Shown: positions 49,473 through 60,357 of the stretch, piece after piece
Numbering within the stretch: position 1 is the stretch's first letter
How the letters are laid out: each line of letters opens with the position of its first letter
Virus record (IMG/VR): IMGVR_UViG_3300028533_000484
Coordinates: 32,001 to 96,000 of that record
Strand: one strand, 5' to 3'
DNA: 64,000 nt
DNA from: a virus
Taxonomy: Duplodnaviria; Caudoviricetes
The notes under the pieces: model-generated
What the model was told of the DNA's origin: nothing
What the model saw: the letters and a program-made list of their open reading frames with translations, nothing else
Database searches by the model: none
Program-made: the position numbers and the translations under genes

Positions 49473-51115
49473 TACTTATAAGCCTCCACTACTTTTCTAT
49501 CATTCATATCGTAAGATACGTTGCAATTTGCATTTACGATAACACCATCTGAAACGATGAATGCTCCAATTTCAGAAGCTGAATACTGTAGCACAAAGAG
49601 CTCAATTGCTGCTGAGTCAATAACTTGTGCTTTCTTTAAATCTTCAATTTTTTCTGTTCTTACATTGTAACCTGTCCAGAAGTCTTTTTCATGCGCAATT
49701 TGCTGAACAATGTACTGATAATCATCTGGTTTAACAGAACCTACAAGTCTTTTAGCTAAAGATCTCATTGTTGAAAGAACAGCTTCATAACCTTTTCTAA
49801 TTGCTTCTGTTTCAAAGTTGTGTGGTTTCTCAGAAAGGTATTGAGCTGTCTTTAATAGTGCAGTACCTCCGCCAGGTAAAATACCATACTTAATTGCTCC
49901 AGCAACTGAGTTCTGCGCATCCAAAATTGCTGCACATTTTTCTTCTTTTTCTGTAGGAGTTAGAGCACCAACATAAATCGTAGCAATACCGCCGCTTAAT
50001 CTAGCTAGTCTCTCTTTTAGACCTTCCATTACAGAAATCTGAAGACCGTCATCTGTATCGATTGTTTTCTTAAGTTTTTCAATGTATAGAGCATATTCTT
50101 TTGCTTTATCTTCTTCAAGCTCATCTACTTGTACAATATTTGTTTCCTCTACTGATGAAACAATGTGTTTAGCAACACCAAGATCTGAAATATCTGGAAC
50201 AACATCTATTGCACTTTCAACAGAAGGTACAACCTTGGTACCTACAGTAATTGCTAAATCCATTAGTGCATCGTGAAGATCAACATGACTGAAAGATGTA
50301 CCAGGTGACATTAAAAGAAGAATTTTCTTTTTAGCTGCTTGTGAAAAGAGTTTTGGTTCGAAGTAAGGTGCAACAAGTACTAAAGTCTTACCTACAAGTT
50401 TTGCAGCTTCAACATATGCTTCAAGAGGTTCAAGATTATCAACACCGGTAGCTAGAACCATAATTGCTGGATTATCAACGACTGCAGTATCGTCAATAAC
50501 ATTTGTGATGAACAATGAACTAGGAATACCACCTGTCCATTTAATGCCGTTTGAAACTTCTACATAAGATTTACCACTACGACTCCAAGAGTCTGCTAGA
50601 ACAACTGAACCATTTTCTCCAATTGAATTATAAGCTTCAGCAATTAGATTTGAAAGCTCTTCATTTCCGTTTGTAGAAACATTTGCAACTGCTTTGTAAT
50701 CCACTGTTGTATCTACCATGCTCTTTAAGTATTCAACAGCATCTGCAGTCGCCATATTTAAACCTTTACGAACTTCTCCAGCATTAACACCTAGATTAAC
50801 GAGCTTTGTCAACTCTCTTAAAAGACTTGTTGCATAAATTGTTGTAGTTGTTGTACCATCGCCGGCCATTGCATCTACTTTGGCAATAATATCTTTTACA
50901 AGAAGTATTCCAGATTTTAAGAAAGGATCATCTGAGTCTACTTTGTTTGCAACTGTAGCTCCATCCTTTAAAATCAGTGGTCTTATTCCACCATCATAAA
51001 TAAGAACATTGTGTCCTGCAGGTCCAAGAGTGGATGAAACAATTTTTTCCAACATTTCAGCCCCTTCAACAATCTTGTTTCGTGCCTCAGGACCATAAAC
51101 TATATGTTTATTCAT
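49472..51115 (-). CDS. groEL: GroEL-like chaperonin
   Basis: STLGPAGHNV, KDGATVA, AGDGTTTT, ERLARLSGGIATIYVGA, GILPGGG, VIDS; 547 aa. Confidence 0.92.
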   Translation of the reverse strand: MNKHIVYGPEARNKIVEGAEMLEKIVSSTLGPAGHNVLIYDGGIRPLILKDGATVANKVDSDDPFLKSGILLVKDIIAKVDAMAGDGTTTTTIYATSLLRELTKLVNLGVNAGEVRKGLNMATADAVEYLKSMVDTTVDYKAVANVSTNGNEELSNLIAEAYNSIGENGSVVLADSWSRSGKSYVEVSNGIKWTGGIPSSLFITNVIDDTAVVDNPAIMVLATGVDNLEPLEAYVEAAKLVGKTLVLVAPYFEPKLFSQAAKKKILLLMSPGTSFSHVDLHDALMDLAITVGTKVVPSVESAIDVVPDISDLGVAKHIVSSVEETNIVQVDELEEDKAKEYALYIEKLKKTIDTDDGLQISVMEGLKERLARLSGGIATIYVGALTPTEKEEKCAAILDAQNSVAGAIKYGILPGGGTALLKTAQYLSEKPHNFETEAIRKGYEAVLSTMRSLAKRLVGSVKPDDYQYIVQQIAHEKDFWTGYNVRTEKIEDLKKAQVIDSAAIELFVLQYSASEIGAFIVSDGVIVNANCNVSYDMNDRKVVEAYK

Positions 51116-51447
51116 TCCTTAATCTCCTTTTTGTCTGTTATTTTCAATACTTTTTTCAATTCTTTAATTAAGAAGTTTTCTGGATTCTGTCTTATCTGAT
51201 AAATATCCTTCTTAAAATCTACATCAGGAATAAAATCGAAATCCATATCTTCATTAATTTTCACTTTTCCAAATACAGGAATATCAATATAAATATCCGA
51301 ACTTGAATTTTCATTATCTGCTTGACTATTGATTGCGGATATCAAAGATACTAGCTTCAATAGCGTAAAAGCTTTTTTCAAATCGTGTAAAGATATTCGT
51401 GTAAGGTCAGATACTTTACTTAATGTTTCTTTCACATACATCTCCAA
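51112..51447 (-). CDS. Hypothetical protein (HU/IHF-like IPVFGK motif)
   Basis: Two N-terminal helices then IDIPVFGKVKI; overlaps groEL by ATGA. Confidence 0.5.
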   Translation of the reverse strand: MEMYVKETLSKVSDLTRISLHDLKKAFTLLKLVSLISAINSQADNENSSSDIYIDIPVFGKVKINEDMDFDFIPDVDFKKDIYQIRQNPENFLIKELKKVLKITDKKEIKE

Positions 51448-51549
51448 TGTAGATAGGTTTAGACCTATCTTACAATCTTATAATATAGGTAAGCTTACAA
51501 CATTGAAGGATAAACTATACGAACTTAACAAAGCTAACTAATTTCTTGT

Positions 51550-53877
51550 ATGAAGCGTTTTGACCAACAGGGAATCCTAGAAAGACAAATTAATGTATTA
51601 AAATCCAAAAACAATTGGTCCAATTTACAAGCGGACGGTGCTACGTATCAACTGTTAGAAGCTTTCGTAGAGCCTATTGCGGAAGTAGCTAGATATGGTG
51701 AATATCTTTTACAAGAGTTAAAATGGGACACATCTAGAAACTTTAGCTCTACAAAACATATGGCCAGATTGGTTGGAAAGAAACTTGAAAGAAAGCATTC
51801 AGCAACAGGTTCTATTATTGTCAGTCATTCTGATGTAGATGGAATTGCTAGATATTCTTTTCTAGGTATTGACAATTTTAATATCGATTCGGAAAGTAAT
51901 TACGATAATTTAACACTAGATTCAGAGTTAACAGAAACTTGTTATACTCACTCTTTGGTGCCTTGGACAAGTACTAGTAGTTATGTAGTTAAAAAAGGCT
52001 CAACTTTTGTTACAAAAGATGGTAGAAACTTTATTTGTGCTGAAAGTAAAAGTATTCAACCTTGTACAGTTGACTGGGATACAGTTCGTAGCAGTGCTTC
52101 AAGTCTTTTAGCTTTTAAGGCTACTGATGGTTGGAACAATTACAAGTATCTTACTGTACCTGTTGTACAAGGTTTTCAGAAAAAAGTAAACTTAGGTATT
52201 TCAAATGGTAGAGCTAGTCAATCTTTTATTGTTGCTACATTGGATATTGAAGCTGCAGATAACTTGTATACAAAACAATTTTGTTATATTGAGGTAACGG
52301 ATGCAGCTGGTAAAACAGAAACCTGGACAGAGATTCAACACTTACAGTTAGCAACTGCTACAGATAAAGTGTTTGAAATAGACATTTTGGACGATTTATC
52401 TGGTACAGTTGTCAAATTTGGTGACTCTTGTAGCGGTGCTATTCCACCAGAGAATTCTAAAATTGTTTTCCATTATTTGGAAACATTAGGGGCAGAAGGT
52501 AATGTTACCGATTTGTATGCTTTCCAAAACGAGATTGATGGTGTTGAAATGCCAAAAGATAGCAACTACAGAAACTTGACAGTTGGTTGTCAAAACATGT
52601 GGCCAATTATTGGCGGTAAAGATCTCGAAACATTATCAGAATATAAAGCAAATGCAGAAATTGCCTATGCTAAGAATTATGAAATTCTTCATACATATCC
52701 AGAGTTAGAAGCAGCTATTAATAGTATTTCTCCAATTCCTTTGATTAAGGTAAAAACAAGTACATTCTACGAAACTGAAACAATTAATTCGACAAAAGTT
52801 GTTTTACCGAAAATTGGACTTACAGGTTTATCTACTGGTGTTAAGCCTTTAAACTCTACTGAAGCTCTTCTTTTTGAGAGTATTCTTAACTCTAAACTAA
52901 ACTCAAAAGTTTTGTCAAATAAGTTTATTCGTTACTTAGCACCAGCTATTATTGAAATAAACTCTTCAATTCAGATCGAGCCAAGTACATCAATTGCTTC
53001 TAAAGAGGAATTCAAGGAAGAAATTGAGACATACTTAAATACACACTACGGTAAAACAAATATTAATCCAATTGACTGCTATAAGCAAGCTGATTTGTTA
53101 AGAGGTGCCCTTACATGTTCAAGCAACATTGGGTCTATATTGTCCACAAGTATGCTTACAATTTCAACTTCAGATGTAGTTTACGGTATTTTCGGTAACT
53201 CAATGGAGAAGTACTTCTTATTTACATTCACATTTCCAACCTTATCTACAGATACTTCTAGTGTAGAAGGTTTCTGTGATAGATCTTTGGCAGATGGTAA
53301 CGAAACACCATATGTATTTAATATTAATATAAATGGTAATTCGCATACATACGTTGTTCGAGAAACAAAGTCAGAAGAATCTGAAAAACTTCTTTTTGAA
53401 CAGGATGATTATTTTTCAGACTTAAATGCAGTGTATCTTTACAAAAACCTGAATACAGAGAACTCTAGATATGTTTTGAAACACTTAAGATTACCAAAAT
53501 ATACATTCTCGAAAAAAGATTTACAGAGCTTCCAAAGTTTAGCTACAGATGTAAACGAACCTTTTGCAACAGCAGATGATTTCAAAGGTATCTATTTTTA
53601 TGTAAAAAGATCAAAAGATTCTCCTACATTCTATTTAGCATTAAGTGCCCAGGAAGTTGCAAAATGTTTAGGATTTAAGACAGAAGTATCCGACGATAAC
53701 ATTTCTAGTATTTACAACAACCTTTTAGGTTCTATAGATAATGATTCCACAAAAATCACTGTTGCATTTGAACCTGCGGATAAGACAGTTGCAGGACCTT
53801 GGAATACAGTAATCTATTACGATCACATCGATGTTGACATAGAGAATACACTTAATACCTCAATTGCAAGTTCTTAA
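51550..53877 (+). CDS. Baseplate wedge protein (T4 gp6 / baseplate J-like)
   Basis: E..WDTSR..SS....ARLVG, SNGRASQSF, VKFGD...GAIP, ETLGAEGN, GGKDLETL. Confidence 0.8.
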   Translation: MKRFDQQGILERQINVLKSKNNWSNLQADGATYQLLEAFVEPIAEVARYGEYLLQELKWDTSRNFSSTKHMARLVGKKLERKHSATGSIIVSHSDVDGIARYSFLGIDNFNIDSESNYDNLTLDSELTETCYTHSLVPWTSTSSYVVKKGSTFVTKDGRNFICAESKSIQPCTVDWDTVRSSASSLLAFKATDGWNNYKYLTVPVVQGFQKKVNLGISNGRASQSFIVATLDIEAADNLYTKQFCYIEVTDAAGKTETWTEIQHLQLATATDKVFEIDILDDLSGTVVKFGDSCSGAIPPENSKIVFHYLETLGAEGNVTDLYAFQNEIDGVEMPKDSNYRNLTVGCQNMWPIIGGKDLETLSEYKANAEIAYAKNYEILHTYPELEAAINSISPIPLIKVKTSTFYETETINSTKVVLPKIGLTGLSTGVKPLNSTEALLFESILNSKLNSKVLSNKFIRYLAPAIIEINSSIQIEPSTSIASKEEFKEEIETYLNTHYGKTNINPIDCYKQADLLRGALTCSSNIGSILSTSMLTISTSDVVYGIFGNSMEKYFLFTFTFPTLSTDTSSVEGFCDRSLADGNETPYVFNININGNSHTYVVRETKSEESEKLLFEQDDYFSDLNAVYLYKNLNTENSRYVLKHLRLPKYTFSKKDLQSFQSLATDVNEPFATADDFKGIYFYVKRSKDSPTFYLALSAQEVAKCLGFKTEVSDDNISSIYNNLLGSIDNDSTKITVAFEPADKTVAGPWNTVIYYDHIDVDIENTLNTSIASS

Positions 53878-53949
53878 TTGAAGCGATTGCACAAAAAGAA
53901 AGCTGTTGATTTTTTTTCAACAGCTTTTATTTTTTTACTTCGTTAAATC

Positions 53950-55998
53950 TTAACTTTGAATTCTTTTCTTTCCTTTCCTTTTAGGTCTATTACTTAAGAA
54001 TGTACCCATTTCCTCATTAAACTTGTCTGCATAGCCTGAACTAAAATGATTTACACTTCTTCTCATTTTTAAAGTACCAACAGCTTCTGTTAGATAATAT
54101 TTAAGATCTACTGAACGTTTTGCAACGTTATATCTTTCCTGAATCAGTGTTTTCTTTGCGCGTTTTACACTCTCTCCAAGCTCTTCTTCATCTTCTGTAT
54201 CTTCACTATCTATTGGTTCACCAAAGTCTGCATCAAGTTCCTCGTCAGAAGCTTTTGAAGTTGCTTCACCTTCTTCTTCTAATGTATGCTCGTAACTTTC
54301 TAAATCTGTAACTGAGAAATCTGCATACTTTGTTAATATATCCTTTTTAACAGTTTTTGGTAAAGCTTCTTTACCATCTAAACCGAGTAATAGTGCAACT
54401 GTATCCATAATAGTGTCTGCAAGCTCAAGTTTAGAGCTTGTATCTTCTGTAGCTACAGGATTAATTACATTCATTGAAAGTGTAAAAGCTGGTGTACTTA
54501 CACCTCTAATAGAATCGTGAAGCCTAATTGTATCTTCAATTTCAGCACTAATGATTCCTCTAACGTTTTCAATTAAAGTTCTAAAAGGTTTAAATAAAGT
54601 AGAAAGAGCTACACCAGACATTTGAAAACCTTCGGTAGTAGGATCGATATATGACATTGGAATACCGGTTGCTGTAGTTAATCTAGAGTTAAAGAACTTC
54701 ATTTTATCCGTAGCACCAGAATCGTTTGATCTATCAGCTTGTACTGTTTCTATTGAAACCAAATCATCGGATGTCCAAATATTTGTTGCTAAACTAGGAC
54801 CTTCAATACCAGCAGCTCCAGAAACCAATCCTACATTTTCATATCTTTCTTTTACTGTATTTACAATATCGAAAGCACGACCTACAGTAGCACCATTTGT
54901 TTTTACTTTGTAAAGATGCATTGGCATGCCTAAAAGCTTTTCAAGATCATCCAAACCCATAACTCTTTGTAACTGTTTATAAGCAGATAAACAAGCTATT
55001 AAAGGTGGTTGACCGTATGGCCAGAATTCTGAAACATTTGCATTAAATCTAAAATGTGAAACTTGCCAAGGAGCAACTAGCTGATCCCCATAAATTCTAT
55101 AACCTAGTAGATGTGGTGTGAAATATTCTACACTAGAAACCTCGGCAATGTTTTCGATGTAGTTCTTTAGTAATTCATCTCTAGATGTATATGTTACCTG
55201 TCTATTTCCAACATTAAAATCAAGATTATTTCTTCCAAAACCTCCATTAGTTGGTGTAGCTAAGTTAACTGTAAAACCTGTACTGCCGGACTTACCGTTT
55301 CCTGCTCGCATTTGTGTACAAAATTCAGCCACTTTGGAAGGTTTAAATTCTAATCTTTCTAGAATCTCATTTACACTAACATTGTTTAATCCAACAACAC
55401 CTGCAGATGTAACTTCTTTACCTAAGAATGCCTCGCCGTATAAAAAGAGATTCCAAGCAAGAGAGTAGATTCTAGATTGATCTAAATTCCAAACATCTTT
55501 GAGTAAGAAGTTTATCTCATCTTGCCAATTTTTATCTTCACTTATAACACTGAAAGCAGTATCTTCCGATAAAGATGCAACTTCAGAAGCAACAAGCGTA
55601 ACAGCCGATTTAACAATACCTTCATTGTCACACATATATGTAAAGGCATTTAATCTTTCTTGTCTTTCAGTGATGTTAGCGTAAGTGTTTTGAGTGTCCT
55701 CAACCCATTCATCAAACAAATCCTGAACTGTTGCAGATAGTTTATTGTTACTAATAAGTTTTCCAATTAAATCCAACTCTTCTTTTTCATTTTTGTTTAA
55801 AAGTTGATTTGATGTAGGTTTTTGAATGATTTTGTATGTTGAGTTTTTCCTGTTTTTTCTACTCTTATCTTCAGTGGATCTAACTACTGCAAAGCCAAAA
55901 CGAGCAGCCATTCTTTGAAAGAAGTTTGTTCTTGTAGCTGTTTTAATATCTTGGGCTTTTTCAGCGTTATTGTCCATATTATCTTTTAAGTCTGCCAT
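53950..55998 (-). CDS. Portal protein (T4 gp20-like)
   Basis: W.LFLYGEAFL, QVSHFR, WPYGQPPL...YKQL, DKMKFF..RL..ATGIPMSY motifs; acidic tail. Confidence 0.8.
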   Translation of the reverse strand: MADLKDNMDNNAEKAQDIKTATRTNFFQRMAARFGFAVVRSTEDKSRKNRKNSTYKIIQKPTSNQLLNKNEKEELDLIGKLISNNKLSATVQDLFDEWVEDTQNTYANITERQERLNAFTYMCDNEGIVKSAVTLVASEVASLSEDTAFSVISEDKNWQDEINFLLKDVWNLDQSRIYSLAWNLFLYGEAFLGKEVTSAGVVGLNNVSVNEILERLEFKPSKVAEFCTQMRAGNGKSGSTGFTVNLATPTNGGFGRNNLDFNVGNRQVTYTSRDELLKNYIENIAEVSSVEYFTPHLLGYRIYGDQLVAPWQVSHFRFNANVSEFWPYGQPPLIACLSAYKQLQRVMGLDDLEKLLGMPMHLYKVKTNGATVGRAFDIVNTVKERYENVGLVSGAAGIEGPSLATNIWTSDDLVSIETVQADRSNDSGATDKMKFFNSRLTTATGIPMSYIDPTTEGFQMSGVALSTLFKPFRTLIENVRGIISAEIEDTIRLHDSIRGVSTPAFTLSMNVINPVATEDTSSKLELADTIMDTVALLLGLDGKEALPKTVKKDILTKYADFSVTDLESYEHTLEEEGEATSKASDEELDADFGEPIDSEDTEDEEELGESVKRAKKTLIQERYNVAKRSVDLKYYLTEAVGTLKMRRSVNHFSSGYADKFNEEMGTFLSNRPKRKGKKRIQS

Positions 55999-56010
55999 AC
56001 TTTAAGTTAG

Positions 56011-56244
56011 TTATTTACCTGTAAAATGCTTAGAATGCTTATCATTGATGCGATTACCTACAGTGTTATATAAAGCTTCATCCCCTAGAAATCGGGCTTC
56101 TTCACTTGTCATTACATCTGCAGTAATGTTGTCAGAACTTCTTTGCATTTCACTGTTACAGTTTTTGCACAGAACGGTTTTGGTTTGCACATTAGAAAAA
56201 TAACGTTTTCCTTCACATTTTGTGCAATGATAGATAATTAACAA
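56011..56244 (-). CDS. Zn-ribbon protein (FmdB-like)
   Basis: YHCTKC...CKNC; AGGAGG RBS. Confidence 0.7.
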   Translation of the reverse strand: MLIIYHCTKCEGKRYFSNVQTKTVLCKNCNSEMQRSSDNITADVMTSEEARFLGDEALYNTVGNRINDKHSKHFTGK

Positions 56245-56268
56245 TCTGTTGCCTCCTAGAAAATATCC

Positions 56269-58029
56269 TTAAACATTGAAGATCTCTTGCAATCTTTTAT
56301 ATACATCTCCTTTTACAGATTCTGACACTGAGTCCTTATCGGAATCTTCAGTATTGCTTTCTTCATCATCACTTTCTTCATCCGATTCTTCATCGTCGTT
56401 TTCTTCACCTGATTCTGTAGCTTCCTGATCTTCAGCATCTTTTTCTTTATCTGTTTTTTCAGCTTCTTGATCCTCAATATCTTTGTCATCTGGATCAACA
56501 GGATCGATACCAAAATCAAAATCAGTTAAAAGCTCTTTTAATGATTTTGCATCCTTACTTAAGTCTGTACCAGCCTCATTGATTAATAGTTCCATTTCGA
56601 TATCCGTATATGATGCACCTTTTTTATCCTTCTTTTTAGGATCAATATCTACTACTTTACCTACAGAAGCTGCAGATTTACCGCCTGCATACTGCATACC
56701 AGTAAACATGCTTGAGCTAACTTTGTTATCACCTTTTTCAGTAGACCTATTAAGAACACTACCTACAGCATTACCAACTGCTGTAAGTTTAGCTTTTTTT
56801 GCAGCACCATAAACTTTAGCAAGATTCCTTTGTAAAGTTGTTAAATCTTTTAAAGCTTTTGTATCCACGTTACCTTTAATTACATCGAAAACAGCTTCTT
56901 CCCAAGTCTTACCGAGATCTGTAAGAGCCTCAAAATCAGATCTTGAAAAGTAATTATGGTAAAGAGCTAAAAGATTTTTTACAGCAGTTTGATTTTTAAT
57001 AGTATCGTAATACTGCTCTACTCGAGGTTTAACGCTTTTATTTTTCCTATCCTTTGTAACCATCTTAATTTGATTAAGAATAATTTTTTCAATCTTTTTA
57101 GCATCTTCTAGAGTATTATCTTCAATAATATCTTTACCTAAATCGACCTCTTCTGCAGCCAAAATTTGTGGAAAGTTGTTGTCTTTGATACCTTGTTTAG
57201 CAGTGCTAGTCAAGTAGGCAACTTCAGCTAACTCAACAGAGTTAATTAACTTTGCAAAATCTGAATTACCACTAACAGCTACATATGCATACGTATCCCC
57301 ATATTTTTTCTTTATTTCTTCACTAAAAACTTTAATAGAAGCCCAAGCATAGCTTGGTTGTACTTGATTATCTATGTAAGGAATAGTTACAGCCACTTTC
57401 ATAGGTACTTTTTTACCGTTTTCATTTGACTGTTTGTATAGACCTCTAACATTTTCAATATTTTCTACAGCTTTTTGAAAAAGTTGAAAACCTTTAACAG
57501 AGACTGGACACGTTACACTAATAACAGCTAGATTTACCTTTGGTTTACTGTTACTTTCAGGTGCTTTTGTAGCTTGTTGAGCTTTTAAGTCTTCAGAATT
57601 CTGAGGAATCTCAGTATCAGATTCATATAAAATATATCCTGTAGTTTCCGCATAATCTTCGTTTAATCTTTTTCCAGCAAGATGCACTTCTTCTTTTTTC
57701 TGTTCTAAAGAAATCTTATCGGATTCACCATATGTATTTACTATCTTAAACTGCTGACAATCAGGTTTAACTTTTATCCAACCTTCATCTTGATTCAGTT
57801 CTAGAATTCTAAAGTCATCTTCATATTCATAAACATTTGTTGGAGTAAACATGTTCTGAATATCTTCAGAATCAATTCTGAATTTTTCAGGTACATACAA
57901 CGAGTTGAAGTGAAGCTTAAAAACTACATCTCCATTGTCGTCAAAATAATATGTAATCTTTGCAGGATCTTCTAAACAACATCTGTTTTGAACCTTTCTA
58001 ACAATTTTAACTAAGTCTTTCTTCTTCAT
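56269..58029 (-). CDS. Hypothetical protein in head-gene operon
   Basis: 586 aa, acidic C-terminus, LNE/LYE motifs; co-oriented with portal. Confidence 0.7.
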   Translation of the reverse strand: MKKKDLVKIVRKVQNRCCLEDPAKITYYFDDNGDVVFKLHFNSLYVPEKFRIDSEDIQNMFTPTNVYEYEDDFRILELNQDEGWIKVKPDCQQFKIVNTYGESDKISLEQKKEEVHLAGKRLNEDYAETTGYILYESDTEIPQNSEDLKAQQATKAPESNSKPKVNLAVISVTCPVSVKGFQLFQKAVENIENVRGLYKQSNENGKKVPMKVAVTIPYIDNQVQPSYAWASIKVFSEEIKKKYGDTYAYVAVSGNSDFAKLINSVELAEVAYLTSTAKQGIKDNNFPQILAAEEVDLGKDIIEDNTLEDAKKIEKIILNQIKMVTKDRKNKSVKPRVEQYYDTIKNQTAVKNLLALYHNYFSRSDFEALTDLGKTWEEAVFDVIKGNVDTKALKDLTTLQRNLAKVYGAAKKAKLTAVGNAVGSVLNRSTEKGDNKVSSSMFTGMQYAGGKSAASVGKVVDIDPKKKDKKGASYTDIEMELLINEAGTDLSKDAKSLKELLTDFDFGIDPVDPDDKDIEDQEAEKTDKEKDAEDQEATESGEENDDEESDEESDDEESNTEDSDKDSVSESVKGDVYKRLQEIFNV

Positions 58030-58042
58030 ACAAATAAACCTA

Positions 58043-58411
58043 CTAATCTACAGGACTCTGTGCAGCCTCACCGAATAGATCGGATCTTTCTAAAGGAATT
58101 TGTGCTAAGGCATCGTCCATATTATAAGCTTCGTTTAATCTAGTCTGAGCTGGATGCGCAATTGCTGCAAACTCATTGTCAATATCCTCATCTAAGATAT
58201 CTATAATTGGTTTTTCTGAAGCTGCTTTTGTTGCTTCTTTTCCTGATCTAAGAGCTTGTAACTCTCTATACTGAGCAGTACGTACTTCATCTACAACTTC
58301 CTCTTCTGTAGGTACCAGTTTCATAAGATTTTTCAAAAAAGTCTTTACGGTTTGTTCAGCAACTTCTGCTGCAATTTCTACAGCTTCATCATATGTTATG
58401 TATTGTTCCAT
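58043..58411 (-). CDS. Hypothetical protein
   Basis: GAGG RBS. Confidence 0.7.
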   Translation of the reverse strand: MEQYITYDEAVEIAAEVAEQTVKTFLKNLMKLVPTEEEVVDEVRTAQYRELQALRSGKEATKAASEKPIIDILDEDIDNEFAAIAHPAQTRLNEAYNMDDALAQIPLERSDLFGEAAQSPVD

Positions 58412-58443
58412 TTTTTTAACCTCTACTATCTACAGAATATAGT

Positions 58444-59448
58444 TTAGATTTTACTTACAAGTTCTTTAAGCTCTTCATCTGGATACTGTTGCAATACCCA
58501 CTTACCTATTCTTGAAGCTAAATCTTCCAAACCACCTGTTGTCTCGCTCTGAGTAACTAAGTGCTGTAAATCACTATTTTCATGATTTACATCCTCATTT
58601 TCGTTTTGATTGTTAATTAAAAGTTGTTCTGTAATCTCTGTGATTAATTCATCTCTCTTCTTTGTATCAATAGTACCAGGAGAGTTTTCTATAAAGTTGT
58701 TAACCCAATCCTTGATATGTCTATTCAAGTCTTTATTATTGAATGTATTAGGATATCTATCCTTTACACCTTTCAAAGCACTGTTTATAGCTGTACCGTT
58801 TCTGCAGGCAGAATATATAGCATCTACAATACGACTATGCAATCGAACAATTGGATTTTCATTAGTTTGTGCATCTAACATGTTGCTCACAACTTTTTTC
58901 TCTGGCTCAGTATTAATTTTATTTGCTACATTTGTAAAGTAATCCTCTACAGTCATATCCGAAGGAGATGAAAGTCCACTCATTCCTAGCAATGTTTCAT
59001 GAAAATGAAATGTGTCTTCTAGAAAGTTTACTGCAAGTTCATTAGCTTCGAAAGCAGAAGCTTTACCTCCAAATAAATGTTTGAAATACTGGAAGAAATC
59101 TTTATTTGAATTCTCTCTAATGTGACCAATAAGCTCTTGAATATATCTTTTACCTTTTTCAGGTGATTTTATCACATCGTCATTAGGAAAAAAAGTTTTC
59201 TCTAAACATTTAGAATAATAAAAAAGAAATGAGGCTTGTAGTTTAGGAATAAAATTAGGACACTCTAATTGTAATCTGTATCTAAGTTTTTTCCAATTCT
59301 CATCTTGCGAATCTAACATCTGTAAAAAGGAATATATAGAACTTGTTACTTCTTGTAATTCAGGAACTGTAGCTGCATTAACATTGTTAAGAGCTGCATG
59401 AAGTTTTCCCAAATCCTGAATATATGTAAAATTTAACCTACTGCTCAC
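58444..59448 (-). CDS. Hypothetical helical protein
   Basis: AAGGAG RBS; 334 aa. Confidence 0.7.
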   Translation of the reverse strand: MSSRLNFTYIQDLGKLHAALNNVNAATVPELQEVTSSIYSFLQMLDSQDENWKKLRYRLQLECPNFIPKLQASFLFYYSKCLEKTFFPNDDVIKSPEKGKRYIQELIGHIRENSNKDFFQYFKHLFGGKASAFEANELAVNFLEDTFHFHETLLGMSGLSSPSDMTVEDYFTNVANKINTEPEKKVVSNMLDAQTNENPIVRLHSRIVDAIYSACRNGTAINSALKGVKDRYPNTFNNKDLNRHIKDWVNNFIENSPGTIDTKKRDELITEITEQLLINNQNENEDVNHENSDLQHLVTQSETTGGLEDLASRIGKWVLQQYPDEELKELVSKI

Positions 59449-59451
59449 TTA

Positions 59452-59898
59452 TTACTCCTTTTCAGATTTTGTTGCAACCAATGCTTCTAGAGAAGCTGCT
59501 CTCAACTTTCCTAAAAAGTCTTTTAAGCACAATCCAACATCTGCAGGTGACTGAGCTTTTTTCATTCTTGAAAAGATTTCAGGTAAACCTTTTACTTCTA
59601 CGAAAGGATTGGCCTTACTTACAGTTTTAGATGTAGTTTTAGTTTCAGTAGATATCTCATCACTTTTTTCAACGGAATCGTCTTCAGTTGAATCTTCATC
59701 CTCAGCTACATCATCTTCTTCATCTACCTCTTCGTCAGATGCTTCAGTATCCTCTTCATCATCCTTTTCATCATCCGGTTCAGCACCAGCCTCTTTCAAA
59801 TTAAGATTATCTGAATCTTTATAATCATCAAGATTCAACATATAATCTTCTTTAAGATTTAAAAGATTTTTTATAGCAGTGTCTTTTGATTTTTTCAT
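59452..59898 (-). CDS. Acidic prohead core-like protein
   Basis: LKED/LKEA motifs and a long D/E tract. Confidence 0.55.
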   Translation of the reverse strand: MKKSKDTAIKNLLNLKEDYMLNLDDYKDSDNLNLKEAGAEPDDEKDDEEDTEASDEEVDEEDDVAEDEDSTEDDSVEKSDEISTETKTTSKTVSKANPFVEVKGLPEIFSRMKKAQSPADVGLCLKDFLGKLRAASLEALVATKSEKE

Positions 59899-59917
59899 AT
59901 TGTTTTCCTCGCTTTAA

Positions 59918-60244
59918 TTAGTTTTTTGTTAAAAAAGTTTCAATTCTGCGGATTCTTTCAGACTGAGAACTTAAGTTTTTTTGAAATCTTTCTATAGATT
60001 CTCGAGTTAATTTCTTTGAAGTACGTTTCATGTTTTTCATTTCAAGAAGAGGATTTTTTACTTCATATTGATCTTCAACATCCTCATTTAATTTTTTCTG
60101 TCTTTTATTAAAATACTTGTTAAAATCTGCATCGAAGTTTTCTTGGAGATCTTGAAGCTCAAGCTCGTAATCTCTAGCTTGCATGTAATCAAAATCATCA
60201 AAATTAACAGTATCATTGTATGACATATCTAATAAATTATTCAT
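59918..60244 (-). CDS. Hypothetical head-associated protein
   Basis: ACTAAAT motif; LQE, LNE and LLE motifs. Confidence 0.6.
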   Translation of the reverse strand: MNNLLDMSYNDTVNFDDFDYMQARDYELELQDLQENFDADFNKYFNKRQKKLNEDVEDQYEVKNPLLEMKNMKRTSKKLTRESIERFQKNLSSQSERIRRIETFLTKN

Positions 60245-60357
60245 ATATATATGATTTAGTTCTTACAAACAGAAAAAAGAACTTTTTTGAAATATTTATA
60301 TAGTTATAAACTATAATATTACTGAAGCAAATATTAAATTAAAGTTTCTTTAACAAC

